Positions 49,745 through 58,076 of a stretch of DNA of 64,000 bases are shown here, one piece after another. A program made the position numbers and the translations under genes. The stretch's first letter is position 1. Each line of letters begins with the position of its first letter. The stretch covers positions 68,217-132,216 of the forward strand of contig JAPOZT010000008.1 in the NCBI GenBank assembly GCA_026705925.1. The letters run 5' to 3'. The stretch is from Gemmatimonadota bacterium (GTDB lineage: Bacteria; JAAXHH01). Under the pieces are notes generated by a model. That model had not been told where the DNA came from. It was given only the letters and a program-made list of their open reading frames with translations, and did no database searches.

Positions 49745-50776
49745 ATGTCTCTTACAAGGGATCAGTTTCAGCACTTTGTTGATGAAGGATACGTCATCGT
49801 CGAAGGCGCACTCACCAGAGACGACCTGGATCCCGTTATTGCGGGGATCGAGGTCTTCGTCGACGAACGGTCGCGAGCACTCCACCGCGAAGGACTCATT
49901 TCCGATCTGCACGAGAACGAACCCTTCGAGCGGCGGCTGGCCCTGATCACCCGGGAAAACACCGCGATCTACGATGACATCGACATCATGAACATGCGGC
50001 ACGAGGCGGTGTTCCGCTTTCTCGGCAACGGCCGCATGCTGGACCTGGTGGAATCCCTCGTCGGACCCGAAATCACGTGCAGCCCCATTCAGCATCTGCG
50101 GGCAAAGCTGCCGGAGAGCCTGAACAGCATGCCAGGTAACGGGAACGGCGGCAACGGCGGCACCAATAGTGGCGACGACGGAGACGGCAACAGTGGCGAC
50201 GGCGGCAACGGCCGCGCTGACGGCGATGGCGGCAAAGAGGACGCCCTGGCCGCCCGCATCAGGGAGAACGTGGCGCCCTGGCACCAGGACGCGCAGGTGC
50301 ATCTCGAGGACGCCGACCCGGTGTTCATTCTCACCGTATGGCTCCCCCTTTGCGACACCGACGAGGAGAACGGATGCCTGCAGATCATTCCGCGGGTGCA
50401 CCACAGCCGGACCGTGTACTGGAGCGAAGGATTCGGCATCGAAGAAGGCCGGCTGCCGGAGGGCGAGATCCTGTCCCTGTCGATGAGGAAGGGCGACGTC
50501 CTGCTCATGCACAAGCTGATCCCGCACCGGTCCATCCCCAACCGGTCCGGAACGATCCGGTGGAGCATCGACCTGCGTTATCAACAGACCGGCCTGCCCA
50601 CGGGCCGCTCCTTCTATCCCAACTTCATCGTCCGCAGCCGGCGCCATCCCGAATTCGTGCTATCGGACTACGCCACCTGGAACCGGGGTTGGGAGGAGGC
50701 GCTGAAGGTCACGGCGCAGCGTCCGCCCCGCAAGAACAGGCCCACCGAGCCGACCCCGATCCGGATGTACGGATAG
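49745..50776 (+). CDS. PhyH-family Fe(II)/2OG dioxygenase with N/G/D-rich low-complexity insertion
   Basis: WHQDAQV...LQIIPRVHHS. 50138-50240 encodes NGNGGNGGTNSGDDGDGNSGDGGNGRADGDGG. Confidence 0.8.
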   Translation: MSLTRDQFQHFVDEGYVIVEGALTRDDLDPVIAGIEVFVDERSRALHREGLISDLHENEPFERRLALITRENTAIYDDIDIMNMRHEAVFRFLGNGRMLDLVESLVGPEITCSPIQHLRAKLPESLNSMPGNGNGGNGGTNSGDDGDGNSGDGGNGRADGDGGKEDALAARIRENVAPWHQDAQVHLEDADPVFILTVWLPLCDTDEENGCLQIIPRVHHSRTVYWSEGFGIEEGRLPEGEILSLSMRKGDVLLMHKLIPHRSIPNRSGTIRWSIDLRYQQTGLPTGRSFYPNFIVRSRRHPEFVLSDYATWNRGWEEALKVTAQRPPRKNRPTEPTPIRMYG

Positions 50777-50804
50777 TGTGCGGATAGTGCAAGGACCTGC
50801 CCGC

Positions 50805-51305
50805 TCAGGCCTTAATCGCGAAACGATAAATCCGCCAGTACCCGATCACGTTGCTGACCAGGAACGTGGTCTCCATGAGCACCGCGACCGGGCTGCCAGC
50901 CAGGTAGTTGTGTACCATCCAGGTCACCGCGCAGGCCATGTAGATCAGCCGGACCTTCCGGTCGGATTGCTGGAAATTGCCGTAGGTGGGCAGCAGCGAG
51001 CCGAAAAGCGCCAGAATGTCCAGCGGATGTTCATAGGAAAAGAAGAAACCGGCCAGGATCAGCGCCATGAACACGTACATCAGGCGCTTGTCGGTCGTAA
51101 AGGCCGCCGTAAAGACCCGGATGCCCATGACGACATACAGGGTGCCGGCGCTGTTTCTGCCGAGCACGAAAAAGTGGAAGGCGTTCGTCAACGCGGAAGC
51201 ACTCAGCCAGAGCAACACGTCGCGGCGCTTCTTGCACTGGAAGGAGACGACACCGCAGGTGAAAGCGACGGCGGCGAGCGCCTGTGATACGAGGAAAGAA
51301 TCCAT
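50805..51305 (-). CDS. YgjV-like inner membrane protein
   Basis: About 165 aa with 5 TM helices, consistent with the YgjV family. Start taken at MDSFLV. Confidence 0.5.
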   Translation of the reverse strand: MDSFLVSQALAAVAFTCGVVSFQCKKRRDVLLWLSASALTNAFHFFVLGRNSAGTLYVVMGIRVFTAAFTTDKRLMYVFMALILAGFFFSYEHPLDILALFGSLLPTYGNFQQSDRKVRLIYMACAVTWMVHNYLAGSPVAVLMETTFLVSNVIGYWRIYRFAIKA

Positions 51306-51551
51306 GGGGCGATTCACCCGGTCGGTTGGGGTCCACGTGCAAAATACAGACCGCCCGGACCGGGTCAAGGCGATTCACCATATCATCCCAGGCGATTCGC
51401 CGTACTACGCTTGACGCGGGGCCGGGATCTGAATAACGTACTTGCAACCCGTCCATCTTGACAAACTCCTTTCGTGAACAACCCCCGATTGTGGCGATCG
51501 GATGGTCCCTCCATGATCACCAATGCCCGCGTTGGTCCCTCTTTGTGCAAA

Positions 51552-53369
51552 ATGACCCGCTCTACCGCGATTACATCCGCCCGCGTGTTTGCAGTTCTCG
51601 TGATTTTCAGCGCGACTGCGGCCGGAATCCTGCGCGTCCTGGGCGGACCGGGCGGACCGGGCGGACCGGGCGGACCGGGCAGTCCGGCCGGCGGCCAACC
51701 CGACCAATCATCCACCCGTTACGTCAACTCCGCAGGCGTCGAACTGCCCCCCGACGCGGCGCCGCCCTCGGAGCAGTACGTCCGCACGTTTCAGCTCGAC
51801 AACACCTACATGGAGTGGTTCCGCACGATCTACAAGGGCACCTACGGCCACCGGATCATCGCCGAACCGCTGATCCGCTTCGACAAGGACTTCAACCTGA
51901 TCCCGGCGGCGGCGAATCGCTGGGAACCCACCGCTGACGGGCTGGGGTGGTATTTCTACTTGCGGGACGACCTAGAGTTTTCCGACGGCAAGCCGCTGAC
52001 CGCCCACGACTACGTGTTTACTCTGCAACGTGGGGCCGATCCGGAAAACGCCTACGACGTGGAGTGGTATTACCGTCCGATCAAGAACTGGGGCCGCGTC
52101 GTGGGCCGGGAGCTGCCCCTCGACTCGCTGGGTGTCCACGCGGTAGACGACTACACCTTGCTCATCGAGACCGACGAACCCTGCGCCTACATGCCGGATC
52201 TGATGGTCGACAGCTGGGTCTCACCGCGCCAGGCGGTGGAGAAGTACGGCGACGCCTGGTCCACGAGCCCGGAGACCTCCATCGCCAGCGGGCCCTTCTA
52301 CCTGGATGAATGGACCAAGGCGGACCGGGTCGTGCTCAAGGCCAATCCCCGGTACCACGGGGCTGCGCGGCCCTACCTGGAGACGCTGATCGCCAGGCTG
52401 CACAACGCCTCGACGCCGCCGCCCCTGCTCGCGTCCTACGAGGCCGACGAGGTGGATTTCGGCCTCGTGACGAACCACGCCGAACTCGCCCGAATCAAGA
52501 CCGATCCGCAGTTGAGCAGGGAGTTGCATTCCTACACGGATTTCGCCACGTACTACCTCACGATGGACACCTACAACCCGCCCTTCGACAACCTCAAAGT
52601 ACGCCAGGCCTTCAGCCACGCCATCGACCGGGACGCCGTGTGCGAATCCGCGCTGCAGGGTTTCGCGATCCCCGCCTACTCCATGCTGCCGCCCGGCTTT
52701 CCGGCGGAAGCGACGGAAGCCCTGAAACCCGTCCAGCGATACGACCCCGCCCTGGGACGCAAGCTACTGGCCGAGGCGGGATACCCCGACGGCAAGGGCT
52801 TCCCGCGCGTGGAGATGTGGGTCCGGCGCGACGTACGGCCGGTGCACGAGGCCGGGGAGGCGATCCACGCCATGATCAAGCAGAACCTCGGGATCGACCT
52901 GGTCGTGCGCAACATGGAGGTCAAGATCTTCATGGACGCGATCAACAGTCACGAGCTTCCCCTGGGGCTCGTCCGGTTCGGCGCGGACTTCATCGATCCC
53001 AGCAGCCTGATGAATCTCTGGCTTTCCTCGGGTCGGCACGCCTGGAAACACGACCGTTTCGACCGGCTGGTGGTCCAGGCGGGAGGCATCGTCGGCGACT
53101 ACGAGGCGCGGATGGACGTCTACCGGCAGGCCGAACGCATCCTGGTGGAGGAAGTGGGCGGCCTCTTCGTATGGTACCCGACGATGAACCAGATCTGGAA
53201 ATCGGACATCAAGGGGGACGCGCTCGAGCCGAACCGGCGCGGATTCCGGGCCTGGCGGGGCGAGCAGATCGGGAACACGGCCTTTACGATATATATAGCG
53301 GAAGAGGACGGGGAGCAGGACGCCGGCACAAAGGGATTCTGGGAGCGGTTGCTGGGGGGCGGCGGATAG
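51552..53369 (+). CDS. ABC transporter substrate-binding protein, family 5 (peptide/oligosaccharide/nickel type), orphan
   Basis: Signal peptide, a GPGGPGGPGGPG linker, and SBP_bac_5 architecture. No permease or ATPase genes adjacent. Confidence 0.8.
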   Translation: MTRSTAITSARVFAVLVIFSATAAGILRVLGGPGGPGGPGGPGSPAGGQPDQSSTRYVNSAGVELPPDAAPPSEQYVRTFQLDNTYMEWFRTIYKGTYGHRIIAEPLIRFDKDFNLIPAAANRWEPTADGLGWYFYLRDDLEFSDGKPLTAHDYVFTLQRGADPENAYDVEWYYRPIKNWGRVVGRELPLDSLGVHAVDDYTLLIETDEPCAYMPDLMVDSWVSPRQAVEKYGDAWSTSPETSIASGPFYLDEWTKADRVVLKANPRYHGAARPYLETLIARLHNASTPPPLLASYEADEVDFGLVTNHAELARIKTDPQLSRELHSYTDFATYYLTMDTYNPPFDNLKVRQAFSHAIDRDAVCESALQGFAIPAYSMLPPGFPAEATEALKPVQRYDPALGRKLLAEAGYPDGKGFPRVEMWVRRDVRPVHEAGEAIHAMIKQNLGIDLVVRNMEVKIFMDAINSHELPLGLVRFGADFIDPSSLMNLWLSSGRHAWKHDRFDRLVVQAGGIVGDYEARMDVYRQAERILVEEVGGLFVWYPTMNQIWKSDIKGDALEPNRRGFRAWRGEQIGNTAFTIYIAEEDGEQDAGTKGFWERLLGGGG

Positions 53370-53573
53370 GCGCCGTCTGTCGAATCAGGAACGATGCCTT
53401 GACCGGAATGATCTTCTGGACGCATACGCACACTGTTTTTAAAGACGCCAGATACTTCAATTCCCACCTGTAGAAGTTACCGTCGTAAATCCCTGAATTT
53501 ACCCGAACGAAAACCCGGTTCACGGTGTTGTAAGATTGGTACCACATGAGCGCCGGTCAGCAAAGGACTCTGA

Positions 53574-54134
53574 ATGACCCAGGAAGAGGGACGATGCATC
53601 GCGCTGGAAATCCATCGCGGCAACCGGGACGCAGTGGGGGATCTGGTGGCGGCGTACCAGGACAGGCTCTTCACCTACGCCTTCCATATGCTGGGTGGTT
53701 CGGACGACGCCCTCGACGTTACGCAGGAGGCCTTTGTCAAGGCGTTCACCACGCTTACCGGGAAATACGACGCGGAGCGCTGCCGGACGCTCGAAATCCG
53801 TCCATGGCTGTACCGCATCGTCCGGAACCTGGCGTTGAACAGGCTGAGGTCGCGCAAACGAAGAGACGACGCGCTGGTCAGCATGAAGGACAACTTGCCA
53901 GCACAGGTTTTCGACACCGGAAACGACCTGGCCAGGACGAGCGCGATCCGAGCGGCCCTCACTGAATTGGGAAGAGAGAGCCGGGAACTGATCATCCTGC
54001 GCTATATCGAGCAATACACGTACGCGGAAATCGCGACGGTCACCGGCTCTTCGGAATCGGCGCTGCGGGGCAAAGTGCACCGTGCGTTGCGTAAACTTCG
54101 CAAGATCATGGAGGATGGCCCCAGTGGATCGTAA
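53574..54134 (+). CDS. ECF-type RNA polymerase sigma-70 factor
   Basis: Region 2 (DLVAAYQDRLFTYAFHMLGG...DVTQEAFVKAF) and region 4 (ELIILRYIEQYTYAEIATVTG). Confidence 0.85.
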   Translation: MTQEEGRCIALEIHRGNRDAVGDLVAAYQDRLFTYAFHMLGGSDDALDVTQEAFVKAFTTLTGKYDAERCRTLEIRPWLYRIVRNLALNRLRSRKRRDDALVSMKDNLPAQVFDTGNDLARTSAIRAALTELGRESRELIILRYIEQYTYAEIATVTGSSESALRGKVHRALRKLRKIMEDGPSGS

Positions 54135-55014
54135 CGAAGCAAGACAGTACCTGGATCAAATCAGATCCGGCGAGGCGGACGATGAGGTCAGCCGGTCCGT
54201 GAAGGAACAGCTGGAAAGGTGCGCCGATTTGTGCGAAGAGGCCGCTTTTTTGGAAAAACTGGCCGCGGAATTTCCCAAACTGAAAATGACCGCTCCCACA
54301 GGCATTGAGGAGGAAGTGATGATCAGGATTACAGACAAATACGATGTGATCGAAACGGATTTCGGACCGGCACACGTGGCATTCACACCCAAAGGCATTT
54401 CGGCCGTGAAACTCGACGTGGAGGAGGACGGCGCCTTCGAATCCTACTACGCCGACAGGCTGGGGCGGCCCACGGTCAGAGGTTCGCTCCCCGAATCGTA
54501 TGCCGATGCGGTCAGGCGGGCCATCAAAGGAGAGAAGAACACCCAGCCACCGGTCACGCTGGAGGGGTTGACCGAGTTCGAAAAGACCGTGCTGGAGCAT
54601 TTGGCCAGGATACCGACGGGCGAGGTCCGTCCCTATGCCTGGCTGGCCCGGGAAGTGGGCAGGCCGAAGGCGATCCGGGCCGTCGGAACTGTCATGGCCC
54701 GCAATCCCGTTCCCTTCCTGATGCCCTGCCACCGGCTCGTGCCCTCGACCGGAGGGGTGGGAAACTACTACTACGGACCGGAAATGAAATGGACCTTGCT
54801 GGAACGGGAAGGGATTCCGCGGGAAAACCTCGCGAACTGGAAGCAGCGCGGCGTGCGCTTCATCGGCAGCCGGACGACCGGCATCTACTGCTATCCGACC
54901 TGCCGCGACGCCCGGCGCGTTCAGCCGCAGCACCGCCTTGAATTCAGCGGTGCAGAAGAAGCGGTTGACGGCGGATACCGGCCGTGCAAGCATTGCAGGC
55001 CAATTTCGGTGTAG
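54115..55014 (+). CDS. anti-sigma-like N-terminal module fused to O6-alkylguanine-DNA alkyltransferase (Ogt/MGMT) and Ada-type Cys4 Zn methyl-acceptor domain
   Basis: Overlaps the sigma gene by ~20 nt. N-terminus EARQYLDQI..GEADDE..VKEQLERCADLCEEA. Ogt N-domain plus the PCHRLV active site (VPFLMPCHRLVPS). The C-terminus TTGIYCYPTCRDAR...GYRPCKHCRP aligns to Ada N-terminal TTGIFCRPSCRAR...GFRPCKRCQP. Confidence 0.75.
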   Translation: MAPVDRNEARQYLDQIRSGEADDEVSRSVKEQLERCADLCEEAAFLEKLAAEFPKLKMTAPTGIEEEVMIRITDKYDVIETDFGPAHVAFTPKGISAVKLDVEEDGAFESYYADRLGRPTVRGSLPESYADAVRRAIKGEKNTQPPVTLEGLTEFEKTVLEHLARIPTGEVRPYAWLAREVGRPKAIRAVGTVMARNPVPFLMPCHRLVPSTGGVGNYYYGPEMKWTLLEREGIPRENLANWKQRGVRFIGSRTTGIYCYPTCRDARRVQPQHRLEFSGAEEAVDGGYRPCKHCRPISV

Positions 55015-55028
55015 ATACAATGTAGATA

Positions 55029-55877
55029 CTACCGATTCCGTGGCGGTATTCGGTCGCCGACGGGTCGGGGTATGGGCCTCCAGTAACCCGAGGGATCGCT
55101 GCCGCGGCAGATTACGGCCCGGTTGTACTCCGGATAGCGGCCCCGCACGTCCGGCGGCAGGTACCGGATCGTCAGGCCGCAGCGCCGGCGGTCGGATACA
55201 TTCGGCTCGGACCCGTGCAACAGCAGATCGGTGTGCATGGAAATCTGGCCCGCCTTCATGACGAAGGGCACCGGATCGCCGCCCCATCTGAGCGGGTCCT
55301 GGACGGTCTGTCCCAGCACGTTGCGTTCGGCTTCCGTACTGTTCTCGAAGGGAATCTGACCGTGAAGGTGGGAACCTGGGATGACCGTCATGGGCCCGTT
55401 CTCTTCGTCCACGTCGTCGATGGCCAACCAAATCGTCACCACCTTGCTCGGGGTCAGAGGCCAGTACGACGCGTCCTGGTGCCAACTCACCCGCTGCACG
55501 TCGCCCGGCATCTTGCAGAAGTAGTGGGTCATCTCGCAGATCAGCGTCTCCCCGACCAGGTCTTCCGCGTAGTCCAGTATCCGCTTGTTCATGGTCAGGT
55601 TGTATATACCCTCGCAGTGCCGCTGCCAGCCATTGATCGAGTAGCTGTTGTATCCTTCCTGCTCGGCGCGGGCCATCAGATCTTCGAAATACAGACGGTT
55701 CTCTTCGGCTTCCTGCGGGGTGAAGACGTCGAGGGGACAGAGATACCCGTTCGCGTTGAAATGGTCGACCTGTTCGCGGGAAAGCGTTTTGGGGTGCTCG
55801 TTCGTTGCCGGGAAAAACCGCAGTTCCCGCTTCATTTCGGGCAGGGCGTCAGTGATGGGCATGGGCGACCTATTCAA
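55029..55877 (-). CDS. PhyH-family Fe(II)/2OG dioxygenase
   Basis: VSWHQDASYW...MTVIPGSH...DRRRCGLTIRY. Close paralogue of 18350-19123. Confidence 0.8.
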   Translation of the reverse strand: MNRSPMPITDALPEMKRELRFFPATNEHPKTLSREQVDHFNANGYLCPLDVFTPQEAEENRLYFEDLMARAEQEGYNSYSINGWQRHCEGIYNLTMNKRILDYAEDLVGETLICEMTHYFCKMPGDVQRVSWHQDASYWPLTPSKVVTIWLAIDDVDEENGPMTVIPGSHLHGQIPFENSTEAERNVLGQTVQDPLRWGGDPVPFVMKAGQISMHTDLLLHGSEPNVSDRRRCGLTIRYLPPDVRGRYPEYNRAVICRGSDPSGYWRPIPRPVGDRIPPRNR

Positions 55878-55972
55878 ATGTTCGTTGGTGGGGGACCTGA
55901 TCCGGTGGCGACATTGAATATACCGGCATAAATCGCTTGAGACAACCCTTTGAATGACTTAAATAACCATGT

Positions 55973-56791
55973 ATGGATGATACCACGAACAGGGCGCTGC
56001 ATTCGCTCGACCTCGCTCCGGGCGCGTCGCTTGATGACGTGAAGAAATCGTACCGGGAACTGGCTCTGATCTGGCATCCGGACAAGGTGCCCGACCGGGT
56101 AAAAGAACGGGCCACCGCCAAGTTCACGGAGATCAACGAGGCCTACCAGTGGCTCGTCCGCAATCCGGAATACCTGCGGGGGTCTTCGACCTCCGGGTCG
56201 TCTTACCGGTCTACTTCACAGCGTCAGTCTCCTTCCCGTTCTCGTTCTTCCTCGCAAACATCCCATACACGAGCGGAGTATTCTCGGCCCGGCGCCTCCC
56301 GTTCCGGCGCCACCTGGACCGACGCCTCCAGCCGCACGGGAGCCGGTTCTTCGGCCGATCCGGCTGTTCAGCGTGTTCGACAGGCCGCGCGCGGTATCTG
56401 GACCGATACCCGGGCCGGTCTCTACATCTACCCCGATATCGACGCAGATCGGGCGGCGAACTTCATCGTTTCGCTGCAGCGTGACTTACGTTTCAGCGGT
56501 GTGGCCGCGACGGTGAACGATCTGCTGGTGTTCTACGATATCGACGGTTCCGGTGAGGAAGGCATGGCCATCACGCGGTCGAACCGTCTGGTCAACAACA
56601 ACACCGGGACCCTGTATGACATCGGCGACTTGTTGGATGTCCAACTGAAGGAAGGATTCTTCTTCTGGAGCGAGGTCGTGGTGCGCAGAAGGGGAAGCCG
56701 GAGGTTTGAACTCGCGGGATATGCGGAAAAAGGACCTGGACGGGCGCTGGTGAGCATTCTGCGGTACCTGATCGAAGATGCACGAACGTAA
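55973..56791 (+). CDS. J-domain (DnaJ-like) protein with Ser/Arg-rich linker and uncharacterised C-terminal domain
   Basis: SLDLAPGASLDDVKKSYRELALIWHPDKV is a J-domain with HPD. No DnaJ zinc-finger or G/F region. Confidence 0.7.
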   Translation: MDDTTNRALHSLDLAPGASLDDVKKSYRELALIWHPDKVPDRVKERATAKFTEINEAYQWLVRNPEYLRGSSTSGSSYRSTSQRQSPSRSRSSSQTSHTRAEYSRPGASRSGATWTDASSRTGAGSSADPAVQRVRQAARGIWTDTRAGLYIYPDIDADRAANFIVSLQRDLRFSGVAATVNDLLVFYDIDGSGEEGMAITRSNRLVNNNTGTLYDIGDLLDVQLKEGFFFWSEVVVRRRGSRRFELAGYAEKGPGRALVSILRYLIEDART

Positions 56792-56830
56792 AACAGGCCT
56801 TAACGCTCCCCAAACGCCCCTGATAACGCT

Positions 56831-56890
56831 CTATCGCGCCCCTATCGCGCCCCTATCGCGCCCCTATCGCGCCCCTATCGCGCCCCCCTG
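56831..56890. repeat. tandem 12-nt repeat (CTATCGCGCCCC) x5
   Basis: Five perfect copies between the J-domain gene stop and the convergent gene. It overlaps the last codons of 56864-58021. Confidence 0.85.
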
Positions 56891-58021
56891 ATTGAGTACC
56901 CAGCGCGTCAGTGGTCCGCGGTTCTTGGTCACGACCAGCCGTTTGTCTCTCAACTCTTCCAGTGCTCTTCGAACCTGGCGTTCGCTGACGCCAGTACCTA
57001 ACCGAGCGTGAATGTCGCGGCGCGTCAGCCCCTCCTCTGCACGATTGAGCAAAACGAGGACTTCAGCACACCGGTTCGCACTACGACCTCCGCGATCACC
57101 CGATTCCGGCACGAACTGCCCGTTTCGGAACCTCACGGTGACGCACCAGCCGTCGTCTTCGATTTCCAGCGTGGGAAGGCCCGCTGCGCTGGTCAGGTCC
57201 GTCATCTTCAGCGTTCCGTGCCCCCACTCCTCTATGATCCCGCGTCGATGGAAAGCGCGGGCGATTAGTGGATTCCACGGGCGTGATTCGTGCGGAACGA
57301 ACAGCTTCTCAGGCGTCAGCCCGAAATGCAGCGATCCGGCGGACGTGATCTCCAGGCGGTCATCGTAGATCGCCACGCCAATGGAACCGCCGCCGATGGA
57401 ATAGTCGCGATGGCACAACGCGTTCGCCAGCGCCTCGCGGGTCGCAAGTGGCGGATAAAGCGGTTCGTCGATTCGGTCGAAGCGATCATCTTCGAACCGA
57501 GCGGCGATCGGCAGGCTGTCGCGCAGGAAACGTTCAGCGTTCGCGAGGAGCGTGAAGGCGTTGCCGTTGAACTGGCGATTGTCCAGGAATTTCATCTTGT
57601 CGGTTCCCCGGAAGCGGGCCACGCGAAGCAGGCATTGCGGCATTTCGACCTCCAATCTTTCCCCGTTGCCGAACAGGACGGCTGCCGCTCGAAGCAATAC
57701 GCCATCGTGCAGCAAACCGAGTCCTCGCAGCAGGTCGGCCGGCTCCCTGCTTGGCGGTTCATCCATGCGGCCGCGCCGAACGCCCTCCGCGACGACCCGT
57801 CGTATCTCCGCATCGTCAAGGTCGCTGATCGACCATCCGGCGGCAGGTTGGTTTTCCCACCGCTGCTCGCTGTGCATCCGTTCGAACAGCATCCGGTTGT
57901 ACTCGTCAGGAGACAGTACCAGCGTGGTGTTCCCGACCCGGCGGGTTCCCGTCGTCTCCTTGAACTCCAATGTCTCGGACTCGCCGGAGGCGGTGAGGGG
58001 TGTGATTAGTTCGTTATTCAT
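56864..58021 (-). CDS. AlbA_2 (Schlafen-like 'divergent AAA') plus HATPase_c_4 plus C-terminal winged-helix protein, often misannotated as RecG-like regulator
   Basis: The N-terminus ELITPLTASGESETLEFKETTG is the typical AlbA_2 opening. The central region is HATPase_c_4-like. The C-terminal wHTH is RRDIHARLGTGVSERQVRRALEELRDKRLV. Confidence 0.65.
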   Translation of the reverse strand: MNNELITPLTASGESETLEFKETTGTRRVGNTTLVLSPDEYNRMLFERMHSEQRWENQPAAGWSISDLDDAEIRRVVAEGVRRGRMDEPPSREPADLLRGLGLLHDGVLLRAAAVLFGNGERLEVEMPQCLLRVARFRGTDKMKFLDNRQFNGNAFTLLANAERFLRDSLPIAARFEDDRFDRIDEPLYPPLATREALANALCHRDYSIGGGSIGVAIYDDRLEITSAGSLHFGLTPEKLFVPHESRPWNPLIARAFHRRGIIEEWGHGTLKMTDLTSAAGLPTLEIEDDGWCVTVRFRNGQFVPESGDRGGRSANRCAEVLVLLNRAEEGLTRRDIHARLGTGVSERQVRRALEELRDKRLVVTKNRGPLTRWVLNQGGAIGAR

Positions 58022-58076
58022 GCTATCATCTCCTTTTGCATACTGGTCTGTCGGAAAGGAAGCAGGTCGGATAACG

